The translations under genes were made by a program, and so were the position numbers. Shown here piece after piece: positions 10,709 to 21,133 of a DNA stretch of 64,000 bases. The notes beneath the pieces were generated by a model. It was not told the origin of the DNA and made no database searches. It worked only from the letters and a program-made list of their open reading frames with translations. The stretch is from Candidatus Methanomethylicia archaeon (GTDB lineage: Archaea > Thermoproteota > Methanomethylicia > Nezhaarchaeales > B40-G2), in NCBI GenBank assembly GCA_029259155.1, contig JAPDJI010000001.1:1-64000 (forward strand), written 5' to 3'. Numbering within the stretch: position 1 is the stretch's first letter; each line of letters begins with the position of its first letter.

Positions 10709-11761
10709 CTATGTCGGGAAAAGGTGTTTGTTTTCTTGGACCCAGTTCGTTAGTTTAACTACGCCTTCCTTGGGATGTACTTTAGGTCTCCAGCCAAGTT
10801 TATTCGCAATTTTACTGATGTCGGAAATATAGACCTTCTGGTCTCCAGGCCTCCAGTCGCTGAAAGACACTTTAGCCTTGAGCCCTGTGATCTCCTCTAG
10901 TAACCTCAGCAGCTCTAATAATGATAAGGTGTTATGGGGACCTCCCCCTATGTTAAAGACCTCATGGGTCAACTCACTCCTAAAGAATAAGTCGTAGGCT
11001 TCAATTAGATCCTTAACGTAAAGAACGTCCCTAACCTGCTTTCCGTCTCCATAAATAGTGATCTCTCTGCCGGTTAGCAAGGCTATGGTAAACCACGCTA
11101 GCCACCCTTGATCTTCGGCCCCCATCTGACGCTCCCCGTATATGCAGCTCATTCTGAAAACTCCTGTTTTGAGGCCGTAAACCCTTGCGTAGTCTTGGAC
11201 GTAAAGTTCTCCGGCTAACTTTGAACATCCATATGGTGTATGTTCGCAAAGATCTACTGGGTATTCTTCAGGTATGCCTTGTTGATAACGTGGATCTGCA
11301 TAGACATACCTGCTGTCTCTCGGCTCTACAGGTATTTTGTTAACGTTATCTCCGTACACTTTATTGGTGGAGCAGTATATGATAGTAGGGTTGCTTTTAG
11401 CTCTCCTAGCAGCTTCCAATACGTTGAAGGTGCCTAGCGCGTTTATCTCAAAGTCTACCTTAGGGTCGAGGAGTGAAGTGGTGACGGCTACCTGAGCAGC
11501 GGTGTGGACTACAAGGTCTGCGTCTCTAACCTCTTTGGAAAGCTTCTCAAAGTCTCTAACGTCCCCTTCCACCAACCTAACTCTTTCACCAAATCTCTCC
11601 TTTAGGTATCTCCAGTTATGTAGAGAGGCTTCTCGGCTTTGTTTAAGTAGTGATGCTCGTAGGAAGTTGTCATAAACCACTACTTCATACCCCTTTTCAG
11701 CATAGAATTCTACTACGTGACTGCCAATGAAACCTGCTCCACCAGTTACTAGAACTTTCAA
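10709..11761 (-). CDS. CDP-paratose 2-epimerase-like SDR (RfbE/Tyv family)
   Basis: HTAAQVAVTTS, STNKVYG, TPYGCSK, FRMSCIYG...EDQGW, WRPGDQKVYISD. Confidence 0.8.
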   Translation of the reverse strand: MKVLVTGGAGFIGSHVVEFYAEKGYEVVVYDNFLRASLLKQSREASLHNWRYLKERFGERVRLVEGDVRDFEKLSKEVRDADLVVHTAAQVAVTTSLLDPKVDFEINALGTFNVLEAARRAKSNPTIIYCSTNKVYGDNVNKIPVEPRDSRYVYADPRYQQGIPEEYPVDLCEHTPYGCSKLAGELYVQDYARVYGLKTGVFRMSCIYGERQMGAEDQGWLAWFTIALLTGREITIYGDGKQVRDVLYVKDLIEAYDLFFRSELTHEVFNIGGGPHNTLSLLELLRLLEEITGLKAKVSFSDWRPGDQKVYISDISKIANKLGWRPKVHPKEGVVKLTNWVQENKHLFPT

Positions 11762-11872
11762 TGCTAACAGCTCCTTGTGTTCTCTAGCGACTTTAAGCCT
11801 TCTATATCCAACCTATATTAGTCTTAACTCTACTAGGTAAAAGATTAGCCTTCATGGTTAGGGCGTAAGCCT

Positions 11873-13009
11873 TTAGCCCACTAAGCCTTTTTCTTCAAGC
11901 TCTCTCAAGCTCTTCTCGAAGAGGTCGAGAACTCCCCACTTTTCCTTTGAAGCCCAAGCCGCTAGCTCCTTGAGTCCTTCTTCGATTTCGATTGATGGTG
12001 TATAGCCTAAAAGCTCCTTAGCTATGGATATGTCGGCGTAACAATGCCTTATATCTCCTTTCCTGAACCTGTTGGAGATGTATGGTTTAAGGTTTGATCC
12101 TAATGCCTTAGCTATGATTTCCGCCACCTTCTTTATCGAAGTAGGCTTACCTGTCCCTATGTTAACTGCTTTATAGTCAGCTCCACTACGTTCAATTGCT
12201 AGCAAGTTGGCTTTGGCTACGTCCTTAACGTGAACAAAATCCCTTAGCTGCTCTCCATCCTCAAAGAGGTATGGAGGTTTATTGTTGAGGATCCTGCTTG
12301 TGAAGATGGCGCAAGCACCTGTATATGGATTAGAAAGCGCTTGTCTTGGGCCGTAGACGTTAAAGTATCGTAATGCTACGGTGGGTATCCCGTAAGTTTT
12401 ACCTATGAGGAGGCACATCTCTTCTTGATGGCGCTTGGTCTGCGCATAGATTGAAGTAGGTGACAAAGGTTTTTCTTCGTCGGTAGGCCTTGGCTTCAAC
12501 TCAGAGCCACATGTGGGGCAAAGATGCTCCCAACGTCTCTCCTGAAGCTGTCTTAGATCCCTTAGCCCAGGATTAAGGTATCGGTTGCATTTTTCACAGA
12601 AGTACTTTCCCTCTCCATATATGCTCATAGAAGACGCTACTACGAATTTCCTTACTCGGTTCTCAGTGTTTATGAGAACGTCAAGAAGAGTGGCTGTCCC
12701 TCTAGTGTTGTAGTCAACATACCTCTCAACCTGGTACATAGACTGTCCTACACCCACAGCAGCCGCCAGGTGTATAATGGCATCTACGTCCCTCAAGTAT
12801 TCTTGGAGAACTCTTCTATCTCTCACGTCACCTATTGTTATCGAGGCCTTCGGGTTGAAGTAGCTGGGGAGTTTACCTCCATGAACCTGGCCTTCCAAGT
12901 TATCTACCACTATAACGTCGTACCCTTCCTCTAGGAAAAGGTCCACGGTGTAGCTACCGATGAAACCTGCTCCACCGGTTATCAATACTCTATCTATGCT
13001 TCTAGGCAT
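11873..13009 (-). CDS. NAD-dependent epimerase/dehydratase with a CxxC...CxxC insert
   Basis: TGGAGFIG, HLAAAVGVGQSMY, YAQTK, LRYFNVYGPRQALSNPYTG; CEKC and CPTC. Confidence 0.85.
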   Translation of the reverse strand: MPRSIDRVLITGGAGFIGSYTVDLFLEEGYDVIVVDNLEGQVHGGKLPSYFNPKASITIGDVRDRRVLQEYLRDVDAIIHLAAAVGVGQSMYQVERYVDYNTRGTATLLDVLINTENRVRKFVVASSMSIYGEGKYFCEKCNRYLNPGLRDLRQLQERRWEHLCPTCGSELKPRPTDEEKPLSPTSIYAQTKRHQEEMCLLIGKTYGIPTVALRYFNVYGPRQALSNPYTGACAIFTSRILNNKPPYLFEDGEQLRDFVHVKDVAKANLLAIERSGADYKAVNIGTGKPTSIKKVAEIIAKALGSNLKPYISNRFRKGDIRHCYADISIAKELLGYTPSIEIEEGLKELAAWASKEKWGVLDLFEKSLRELEEKGLVG

Positions 13010-13059
13010 AGTGAATCCCTTAACAGAGAAGCTGAAGTCTTATTAAGCTGTGCGTATCA

Positions 13060-13446
13060 GTGAAGGGCTTGGCGGTGTTGTCGTTGTCTCCTCTAATATT
13101 CGCTCTCCTTTCTGTTCTGCTTGGAGCTTTAGGGCAGGTATTATGGAAGTACGGCCTCTCTTTAATGGAGTTCAGCCCTGAGATGTTCTTCAACCTCAAA
13201 GGCTTAATTAAAATTGTAAGTAATGGGTGGATACCAGCAGGGATCCTATGCTACTTCTTTTCTATGACCCTCTGGCTCAAGGCGTTGAAAGAAGCGGAGC
13301 TAAGCTACGTCTACCCTTTAATTAGTCTAAATTTCGTAATACTAACTGTGGTGGGGGTTTTACTTTTTCACGAAAATGTTACTTGGCTGCGGGTCTTAGG
13401 CATACTCTTGATAATCTCAGGGATAGTGATGGTGGCCCAAAGCTGA
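13060..13446 (+). CDS. Small EamA/SMR-type membrane protein (ArnE/ArnF-like)
   Basis: About four TM helices; GQVLWK, ELSYVYPLISL, LFHENVT..R.LG. Confidence 0.75.
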   Translation: MKGLAVLSLSPLIFALLSVLLGALGQVLWKYGLSLMEFSPEMFFNLKGLIKIVSNGWIPAGILCYFFSMTLWLKALKEAELSYVYPLISLNFVILTVVGVLLFHENVTWLRVLGILLIISGIVMVAQS

Positions 13447-13458
13447 GGTGTAGTAAAC

Positions 13459-14466
13459 ATGAATATTTTTGCTGCTGTCCTAGGTTTCCTATCTGCAAGT
13501 CTAGTAACTCTCTTCCTTACACCTTTCCTAATCAGAAAACATTATGCCTTAGGGATCGTTGGAAGAGATGTACATAAACCTGGCAATCCAGTGGTCCCTG
13601 AAGTAGGTGGTCTGGCCATTGTTGTAGGGGTAACTATAGGCTCTATACTGGTGGCCCTAAACGTTACGACGTTGAGGGTTCATGTATTAGCTTTCCTCCT
13701 ATCGTTCCTCTTCGCAGCCATGATAGGACTATACGATGACCTGCGTGGACTTAAAGCGAAGGTTAAAACTGCCCTCACTGTGATCTGCTGTACTCCCATA
13801 ATTATAGGTTCACTGCTGGCACCCCACCTTATAACTTTAGGTAGGCCTGAACTACCCTTGGTAGGTCCTCTTCGTTTAACCATCATTTACTGGGTACTGC
13901 TACCCTTCGCTATCGCTGTTCCTGCTAATGCCGTTAACATGATGGATGTATACAACGGTGTGATGCCTGGAACTTGTTTCTTCGCTACGTTGGCCTTGTT
14001 TCTCTCAGGTCTCCTTCTGGGGAGGTGGGAGGCCATTTACATGTCTTCTCCTCTTTTAGGGGCCTTGGCTGCATATTACCTCTACAATAAATACCCAGCT
14101 CGGATTTTTTCAGGAGACACTGGAAGTTTAGCTGTGGGTGCATCTATAGGAGCAATTGCTGTGCTCTCAGGCCTAGAGGTGGTTGGTATAGTTGCTCTCA
14201 TGCCCCATATCATGAATGCTTTTCATAGCCTTACGAGCGTAAAGGGCCTCCTTGAGAGGCGTGAAATTGATCAACGGCCAACTATAGTACTCGGCGATCT
14301 GCTGGCAGCGAATCCTGATCCTAGAGCTCCCTTGACGTTAGCTAATATAATCCTCTCGAAGGGCCCGTTACCTGAGAAGGTCCTTATCAAGCTTTACATA
14401 GCCCTATCTGTTGTAGCTTGTGTGTTGGCTGTCCTAACAGCGTTATTAATGACCGTTAACATATAA
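13459..14466 (+). CDS. aglH: UDP-GlcNAc:dolichol-phosphate GlcNAc-1-phosphotransferase (AglH/GPT, MraY family)
   Basis: GRDVHKP..P.VPEVGG, GLYDD, NAVNMMDVYNG, YPARIFSGDTG. Confidence 0.8.
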   Translation: MNIFAAVLGFLSASLVTLFLTPFLIRKHYALGIVGRDVHKPGNPVVPEVGGLAIVVGVTIGSILVALNVTTLRVHVLAFLLSFLFAAMIGLYDDLRGLKAKVKTALTVICCTPIIIGSLLAPHLITLGRPELPLVGPLRLTIIYWVLLPFAIAVPANAVNMMDVYNGVMPGTCFFATLALFLSGLLLGRWEAIYMSSPLLGALAAYYLYNKYPARIFSGDTGSLAVGASIGAIAVLSGLEVVGIVALMPHIMNAFHSLTSVKGLLERREIDQRPTIVLGDLLAANPDPRAPLTLANIILSKGPLPEKVLIKLYIALSVVACVLAVLTALLMTVNI

Positions 14467-14500
14467 GAGACCTTAGTCTAAGCGGTAGAGGGCGAGAAAA

Positions 14501-14743
14501 TTGGATAGAATTGTCCCGCTCGCCCTCATCATGGTTGTGATATGGGTAGCCATGCTTTTGCTCTTCATAGTAATTCAAAGACTGATAGCCCCTATACCAG
14601 CCTTACCTCCATATCTAGGTGGGGCTTTCGCTACAGGCTTGATCAAAGCAGTTTTATCTTTCTCCTTGGCTTTAGCCTGGCTTTACCTTTGGCATACTTT
14701 GGTCCAAGTTTACCGTAGACGTTCTTTGAGGAACAGGGCTTAA
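14501..14743 (+). CDS. Small two-TM hypothetical membrane protein
   Basis: 80-aa ORF with two hydrophobic stretches and a basic C-terminus, filling the gap between genes. Confidence 0.6.
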   Translation: MDRIVPLALIMVVIWVAMLLLFIVIQRLIAPIPALPPYLGGAFATGLIKAVLSFSLALAWLYLWHTLVQVYRRRSLRNRA

Positions 14744-15792
14744 CTGGCTTCCTCTATATGTTTAGCTATAACCTCGACGGGATCCTCCATGCTGGCTAAA
14801 GCTTTCCTCGCTCTCTTCTCTTGAGCTTTTCTTTCTATTCTTAAGTTACCAAGCACCTTTAGCCCTTCTTCGAGAGCCTCTTCGCTACTCCTAGCCTTAC
14901 GTATCAATCCCAACTTAACCATGTACTTTTCGACATCGATATCATCCACCGGAGTACATGAGATGGATGGGACGCCCATCAAGGCGGCCTCCCAGGTCAT
15001 GGTTCCTCCTCCACCTATAAAGAGGCTTGTTTGTGGGAACAGCTTCAACGTGTCTATTACCTTGATTGGGACGAAGGCTACTCCTTTAAGCTTGCTTCGC
15101 AGTTCTTTGACCTGTTCGGGGTACCTAGCCAAGACCACTATGTCTATTTCCTCACCTAGCTGTTCCTTTAGCCCTCTAGCCACCTTCTCCACCATCATCC
15201 TCCTCTCTTCCTTATTAAGGAGGTAGGACGCATAGATCTCCTCAGTCCTTATCACTACTAACTTCTTTCTTCTTCTGGTCTTTGAGGTTAGATCTTGATC
15301 CTTAAGCCAGGCAGCCGGATCGACAGCATTGTACTGAACTATATCCTCGGAACGAGCTCCCAGCTTCGACCATTTCTCTATGGGAATACACTTTGGGGTG
15401 AAGAGCTTGGCTGAAAGAGGAATGGTCAGCTTAGCCACGGCTTCAGAGTGTGGACTATCATTAACACAGTAATGGGGTATTGCGAGACCATAAGCCACGC
15501 GTGCAGCTTCAGGGGAGCTGAAGGAGATCGCTATGTCAGGTCTCCAGTCCTTAACGACCTTTAATAGTCTTAGAGCTCTTTTGAGACTGGCTTGAAGTTT
15601 ACCTGCGAGATCTGCTCCTCCATATTCTCCAACCACTATAGCGTCCATTCCCTTAGCCTTAAGCAGCTGTTCTACTTCTCTGTACTTCCTGGAGGTTTGA
15701 AGAACTTCATGGCCTTTTGCTTTGAGTATATCTATCAACCTACCGAAGAATCGCACCTGTTTAGGTGTGTTCAAGTCTATCCAAACTCTCAA
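14740..15792 (-). CDS. DUF354-family GT-B-like protein
   Basis: RVWIDLNTPKQVRFF, DSPHSEAVAKLTIP, IGGGGTMTWEAALMGVP. Confidence 0.8.
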   Translation of the reverse strand: MRVWIDLNTPKQVRFFGRLIDILKAKGHEVLQTSRKYREVEQLLKAKGMDAIVVGEYGGADLAGKLQASLKRALRLLKVVKDWRPDIAISFSSPEAARVAYGLAIPHYCVNDSPHSEAVAKLTIPLSAKLFTPKCIPIEKWSKLGARSEDIVQYNAVDPAAWLKDQDLTSKTRRRKKLVVIRTEEIYASYLLNKEERRMMVEKVARGLKEQLGEEIDIVVLARYPEQVKELRSKLKGVAFVPIKVIDTLKLFPQTSLFIGGGGTMTWEAALMGVPSISCTPVDDIDVEKYMVKLGLIRKARSSEEALEEGLKVLGNLRIERKAQEKRARKALASMEDPVEVIAKHIEEAS

Positions 15793-15942
15793 TTTATTAC
15801 ACCTTAGCTTGCATTAGCCTAAAGGTACCTAACCTTCCTTATATGAAATTTTTACTCTAACCCTTGACGATGTAGACCTGCCGTAACACGCCCTTTGTTC
15901 ACGTCTACTTCAAGAATTAATGGGCGTCCATGACGATCTATC

Positions 15943-16470
15943 TTAAGGTCTGCCTTTGAAGAATCCTCGCTGCCTGTATAACGACAAAGCAATTAATAAC
16001 GTCGCTACAACGAAGCCTTCGCTTGAAAGGACAACTCCTTCAGCCTCTACGAAAGGCGTGTAAGCCTCCACGGCCACTTTCTCTAAGAGCTTTAACGTAA
16101 AAGTAAGGGTAGGAATGCTAGATACATGTATATCTACCTGTACCAGTAGCCAAAAGGAGTTAGGGTGAAGTGGCCAGAAGAGAGGTGTATAGCCGGTAAA
16201 GAAATCCAAGATTATATGTGAACAGTAGGCGGCAACCATAATCAGTAATGTAGTACCCCTTACTTTCCTATTCCTTGAAAGTCCGTATAGGACTGGTATA
16301 GTAGCTAAAGGGAATATTAAGGAATGACTCATCGATCTATGTATATGTAGCAAGATATCGAGATCTGGCGTCGTGGATATTGCGGACGCCGCCAAGGAAC
16401 GTTTAAGGTCTACTCCGAGCAGGGTAAGGGAGGTTAAAACCACGGCGAAGTGAATAATGGGCTCAGGCAA
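15943..16470 (-). CDS. Membrane-bound metal-dependent hydrolase (YdjM-like)
   Basis: N-terminal His, PDLD, HRSMSHS, SHIILD, PLFWP. Confidence 0.8.
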   Translation of the reverse strand: MPEPIIHFAVVLTSLTLLGVDLKRSLAASAISTTPDLDILLHIHRSMSHSLIFPLATIPVLYGLSRNRKVRGTTLLIMVAAYCSHIILDFFTGYTPLFWPLHPNSFWLLVQVDIHVSSIPTLTFTLKLLEKVAVEAYTPFVEAEGVVLSSEGFVVATLLIALSLYRQRGFFKGRP

Positions 16471-16581
16471 CCATCATTACAGCTCAAACCTGACTCCGTA
16501 GAGGCTCCTCTATTTAAGACTTATTGAGGTTGGAAAGGCTTTTAACTTTAAGGACTCGTCGCTTTTGGTAGGGGTCCTCTA

Positions 16582-17964
16582 TTGCCTAAAATAATGGAAA
16601 TGGATTCCTCTCAAGTGGCTGAGGCTGCAGCTCAAGGAGCCCTCTGCATAGCTGTCATAGGCTGCGGCTGGATGGGCTTACCTACAGCTCTGCTATTTGC
16701 TGAGACAGGAGCTAAAGTTATCGGGGTGGTGAAGTCTGAGGAAGAAGCATCTCTGCTTAATCAGGGAATCGCTACCGTAGCTGAGCCTGGCATAGAACCT
16801 CTCCTACGTAAACACGTGGAGAGCGGGAGGTTTAAGGTAACTCTGGACGCTGCTAATGCGGCTTCTCAGGCTGATGCTATATTAATAATTGTGCCTACGC
16901 ATGTGGGGAGGGGAAAGAAGCCTGACTACTCAGCCATTGTGGATGCTAGTAGGAACGTGGGCAGAGGGCTTATGAAAGGTAGCTTAGTGATCGTTGAGAG
17001 CACGGTTGGTCCAGGCGTAACGGAGGAGGTTGTTAAGTTTGAACTCGAAGAGGTTTCCGGCCTAAAAGCTGGCGTAGACTTCGGCTTAGCTTACAGTCCA
17101 ATAAGGGCCAGCGCGGGAAGGGTCTTTAGAGACTTAACCTCTTATCCTAGGATTTTAGCGGGCTTTGATGAAAGAAGCTTTCATGCAGCCTCTTCTCTAC
17201 TAAGCTTGATTGTGAAGGGAGGTATAATTAAGGTGAGGGACATTAAAACAGCAGAGGCAGTGAAGCTGTTCGAGAACATTTACCGAGATGTAAATATTGC
17301 CTTAGCCAATCAATTAGCGCTTTTCTGCGAAGCTGCGGGGATTGACGTGGTGGAGGCCATTAATGCCGCCAATACCCAACCCTTCTGTCACTTACATAGG
17401 CCTGGAATGGGTGTTGGAGGTCACTGTCTCCCTTCTAACCCATACTTCTTGCTGGAGAAGGCTAGGAAGCTTAAAGTAAACTTAGACCTTGTTCGGGCTG
17501 CAAGGAGAATCAACGATAGCATGCCCTTCCACACCATCAAGCTAATAACCGCTGCTCTGCGAAGCTGCGGTAAAACCTTGAAGGGCTCTCATGTGGCTAT
17601 ATTGGGAGTTTCCTTTAAGGAGGACGTTAAGGAACATCGATATTCGCCTTCCATTTACGTGGCGGAGAGGCTTATGAGGAGGGGTGTGAAGATCTCTATT
17701 TATGATCCTTTCTTCACACCTGAGGAACTTAGCGTACCGGGGGTGAGGATAGCCCCTACCCTAGAATCATGTGTAGAAGGTGTGGACTGCATACTTTTGG
17801 CGGTGGCTCACGAGAAATTTAAGTCATTAGATCTTAATCTATTGGCTAAGCTCGTCAAAATGCCAGCAGCTTTGGTGGATGGCCGTCAAGTAATAGACCC
17901 TGTAAAGGCTAGGGAAGCAGGCTTTGTCTATGCAGGGATAGGGAGGGGCTTGGTTGTTGCGTAG
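16582..17964 (+). CDS. Nucleotide-sugar 6-dehydrogenase (WecC/WbpA family)
   Basis: GCGWMGLP, ESTVGPG, AEAVKLFENIYRDVNIALAN, PGMGVGGHC. Confidence 0.9.
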   Translation: MPKIMEMDSSQVAEAAAQGALCIAVIGCGWMGLPTALLFAETGAKVIGVVKSEEEASLLNQGIATVAEPGIEPLLRKHVESGRFKVTLDAANAASQADAILIIVPTHVGRGKKPDYSAIVDASRNVGRGLMKGSLVIVESTVGPGVTEEVVKFELEEVSGLKAGVDFGLAYSPIRASAGRVFRDLTSYPRILAGFDERSFHAASSLLSLIVKGGIIKVRDIKTAEAVKLFENIYRDVNIALANQLALFCEAAGIDVVEAINAANTQPFCHLHRPGMGVGGHCLPSNPYFLLEKARKLKVNLDLVRAARRINDSMPFHTIKLITAALRSCGKTLKGSHVAILGVSFKEDVKEHRYSPSIYVAERLMRRGVKISIYDPFFTPEELSVPGVRIAPTLESCVEGVDCILLAVAHEKFKSLDLNLLAKLVKMPAALVDGRQVIDPVKAREAGFVYAGIGRGLVVA

Positions 17965-18922
17965 ATTAAAGGTAGCGGTAATAGGTTGCGGTTTTTGGGG
18001 GCTTAACCATGCAAGGGTATTTAAGGAACTTGACTCGGCAGAGCTGGTGGCTGTATCGGACGTTGATGAAGCGAGAGCCAGATTAGCCGGGGCTAAATAC
18101 GGCGCTAAGTGGTATTCAGATAATCTGTCCCTGCTGGCGAAGGACGACGTGGATGCCGTAACGATATGTACACCCTCCTCTACTCATATGGAGGTGGCTA
18201 TCCAAGCCATTGAGTACGGTAAAGACCTCCTCGTAGAGAAGCCTTTAGCTTCCTCTGCCGAGGAGGCTTTAAAGATCATTAAGGCTGCTGAGAAGGCAAA
18301 CGTCAGACTCATGGTTGGCCACATAGAACGCTTTAACCCAGGTGTCAGGAAGGTTAAAGCTTTGATAGAGGAGGGCAGGGTCGGTGAAGTTGTGTTGCTT
18401 TCTTCGAGGAGGGTGTCTATGTGGCCAGTTAGAATCGGAGATGTAGGAGTGGTTAAGGACTTAGCTATACATGATATAGACGTCATGAGGTTTCTGTTAA
18501 ATAAGGAACCTACTGAAGTGTATGCTGTTGCGGGGAGTTTAAGGCATACCTATGAAGACTACGCGCACATAATCTTAAAGTTCGCCTCTAAGGAGGCAGG
18601 TTTCATAGAGGCTAACTGGTTAACGCCTCATAAAGTAAGGAAACTGATCGTAACATGCACTGAGGGCATAATCACCCTCGACTATATAACTCAGCAGGTA
18701 ACTATTGAAGATTCTAGAGGCTCCCATACTCCGGCCTTCCAATGGCAGGAGCCTCTGAAGCTTGAGCTTCAAAGCTTTGTAAACTCGCTTTTAGAGAATA
18801 GAAAGTTTGAGGTAGACGGTAAAGACGGCTACAGGGCTCTCAGCATAGCTGAAGCAGCTTTAAAGTCTGCGGCTCAGGGCTCCTCAGTAAAAGTGGGATA
18901 CGAGGATTTAATGTTTAATTGA
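17954..18922 (+). CDS. Gfo/Idh/MocA oxidoreductase (WbpB/GnnA-like UDP-sugar 3-dehydrogenase)
   Basis: GCGFWG, VEKP, VGHIERFNP, DLAIHDID; overlaps the upstream dehydrogenase gene. Confidence 0.85.
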   Translation: MLRRLKVAVIGCGFWGLNHARVFKELDSAELVAVSDVDEARARLAGAKYGAKWYSDNLSLLAKDDVDAVTICTPSSTHMEVAIQAIEYGKDLLVEKPLASSAEEALKIIKAAEKANVRLMVGHIERFNPGVRKVKALIEEGRVGEVVLLSSRRVSMWPVRIGDVGVVKDLAIHDIDVMRFLLNKEPTEVYAVAGSLRHTYEDYAHIILKFASKEAGFIEANWLTPHKVRKLIVTCTEGIITLDYITQQVTIEDSRGSHTPAFQWQEPLKLELQSFVNSLLENRKFEVDGKDGYRALSIAEAALKSAAQGSSVKVGYEDLMFN

Positions 18923-19008
18923 TTATTTAAAGTTTAGTGAATCTCTTCAATTAACTTTTTATACACCTCAGTTAAAAAGCTACCCAGAGGTTGAAGGCTG
19001 GGGTATAG

Positions 19009-19728
19009 GTGAAGGTAGGAGCTAAGATAGCTAGTGGAAAAACAAAAAACATCTATGAGCTGAATGACCCATCCCTCGTACTCATAGAGTTTAGGGACGA
19101 CGTAACGGCCCTTGATGGGCGTAAGCGAGATTTTATCGCTGGTAAAGGAGCTATCAACGCTGCGATAACGGCAAAGCTCATGGAGGTGCTAAACACTTCT
19201 CAAACTCCTACACACTTCGTTAAGCTGGAGCCTCCTTCGGCTATAATAGCCAAGAGATTACGCATGTTACCCTTAGAGGTAGTATGCCGTAACATAGCTG
19301 CTGGCCACCTTGTTAAGCGCTTACCTTTCAAGGAAGGTGATCTTCTCGACCCGCCTATTGTCGAGTTTTACTTAAAGGATGACGAGAGAGGGGATCCTAT
19401 GGTTAATAAGAGGCACATGGCGGCTCTCGGCTTGGCTACACCAAGCGAAGCGGAGTATATGGAGGAAGCTACGCTTAAAGCCAACGAGGTCTTAAAGAGG
19501 TTCTTAGCTTCCAGGGAGCTAACCCTCATCGACTTTAAGCTTGAGTTCGGTAAACTGCCTAATGGCTCCCTTATCATAGGAGATGAGCTTGACCCCGACT
19601 GTATGAGAATTAGAGACTCCTCGACGGGGAGGATCTTAGATAAGGATCTTTATAGACGAGGGTCACCACTCGAGGAAGTCTTGAAGGCTTACTTGGAGTG
19701 TAAGAGGAGGATAGTTGAAGGTGGTTAG
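19009..19728 (+). CDS. purC: SAICAR synthetase
   Basis: GKTKNIY, PLEVVCRN, EFYLKDD..GDP, DFKLEFG, DE..PD..R, LDKD.YR. Confidence 0.95.
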   Translation: MKVGAKIASGKTKNIYELNDPSLVLIEFRDDVTALDGRKRDFIAGKGAINAAITAKLMEVLNTSQTPTHFVKLEPPSAIIAKRLRMLPLEVVCRNIAAGHLVKRLPFKEGDLLDPPIVEFYLKDDERGDPMVNKRHMAALGLATPSEAEYMEEATLKANEVLKRFLASRELTLIDFKLEFGKLPNGSLIIGDELDPDCMRIRDSSTGRILDKDLYRRGSPLEEVLKAYLECKRRIVEGG

Positions 19729-21133
19729 AGAAGCCTGCGGAGTCATAGGAGTCTTATCAGCCAAGAAGGATCATGTCGCCTCTGATATATATAGAGGGCT
19801 CTACGCCCTGCAACATAGAGGTCAGGAAAGCGCAGGTATCTATATATGTGGCTCTTCACCCATACAGGGCTTCAAGGGATTGGGCTTTGTTCATGAAGCG
19901 CTAAGCGGTAAAGCCGAGAATCTTGAAGGATGGTGTGGAGTAGGTCACGTAAGGTATTCCACTACCGCTAATTCTACAATTGAAGAAGCTCAACCTTTAC
20001 TTTATGAATGTGCTGGTAGACGTTTTGCCTTAGCCTTTAATGGTACTATATCTAACTACTTGGAGCTTAAAGAGAAGCTCGGCAAGGAAGGTTTCTCCTT
20101 CAAGACGATGACTGACACTGAAGTCTTAGCTGCTCTCCTATCGCTTAACTTGGCTGAGACAGGGGACTACGTGGGAGCCTTAAGACGATGTATGGAACAG
20201 CTTGAAGGCGCGTACTCGCTGGTCATCCTCGATGAAGGAGGAGAACTATATGTAGCGCGTGATCCTTTAGGGTTTAAACCGCTATGTTTAGGCTTAAACC
20301 ATGACCGTGAACTCTACGTGGTGGCTTCTGAGAGCTGCGCTTTAGACACTTTGAACGCTCAGTTATTGATGCATGTTGAGCCAGGCATGGTAATGAGAGT
20401 ATATGATGGAGGCTACGAAGCTAAAAGGATGGTTACGTCAAGACGCCACGCACGCTGCATGTTTGAGTACGTATACTTCTCTCGTCCCGACTCGGAGTTT
20501 GATGGGATATGGATCTACGAAGCTAGACTTAAGATAGGCAGAGAGCTCGGTAAACGTTTTCCTGCTGAAGCTGACGTGGTCGTGCCTGTACCTGATTCGG
20601 GTAGGACAGCAGCCATAGGGTTCTCAGAAGCTACGGGAATACCGTTGGTGGAGGGTTTAATGAAGAACCGTTACGTGGGAAGGATTTTCATAATGCCTGG
20701 TGAACGTAACCGAAATGAAATGGTCAGAGTCAAGTTGAACCCTATAAAGCCATTGATTAAAGGTAAACGCGTGGTATTGATTGATGACTCCATCGTCAGG
20801 GGGACCACCATGAAGTACATAGTAAGTCTTCTACGTGGAGCGGGAGCAGAGGAGGTTCACGTTAGGATCAGCTGTCCACCTATAATAGCTGGATGTTACA
20901 TGGGTATTGATTTTCCTACTCGACGAGAACTAGTGGCTTCATCACATAGCATAGAGGAGATAAGGGACATGTTAGGAGCTAACTCGCTTCACTATAATTC
21001 CATAGAAGGCTTAGTTAAAGGAATAGGCTTGCCTAGAAACGAGTTATGCTTAGCTTGTCTTACCGGGGAGTATCCTATCAAGGCTGATGCCTCGCTTTTG
21101 GAGAAGGCTATAGGTGAGATGAGGAGGCCTTAA
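19715..21133 (+). CDS. purF: Amidophosphoribosyltransferase with propeptide and catalytic Cys
   Basis: REA-CGVIG, LQHRGQESAG, GHVRYST, CMFEYVYFSRPDS, LIDDSIVRGTT, CLAC. Confidence 0.95.
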   Translation: MKVVREACGVIGVLSAKKDHVASDIYRGLYALQHRGQESAGIYICGSSPIQGFKGLGFVHEALSGKAENLEGWCGVGHVRYSTTANSTIEEAQPLLYECAGRRFALAFNGTISNYLELKEKLGKEGFSFKTMTDTEVLAALLSLNLAETGDYVGALRRCMEQLEGAYSLVILDEGGELYVARDPLGFKPLCLGLNHDRELYVVASESCALDTLNAQLLMHVEPGMVMRVYDGGYEAKRMVTSRRHARCMFEYVYFSRPDSEFDGIWIYEARLKIGRELGKRFPAEADVVVPVPDSGRTAAIGFSEATGIPLVEGLMKNRYVGRIFIMPGERNRNEMVRVKLNPIKPLIKGKRVVLIDDSIVRGTTMKYIVSLLRGAGAEEVHVRISCPPIIAGCYMGIDFPTRRELVASSHSIEEIRDMLGANSLHYNSIEGLVKGIGLPRNELCLACLTGEYPIKADASLLEKAIGEMRRP

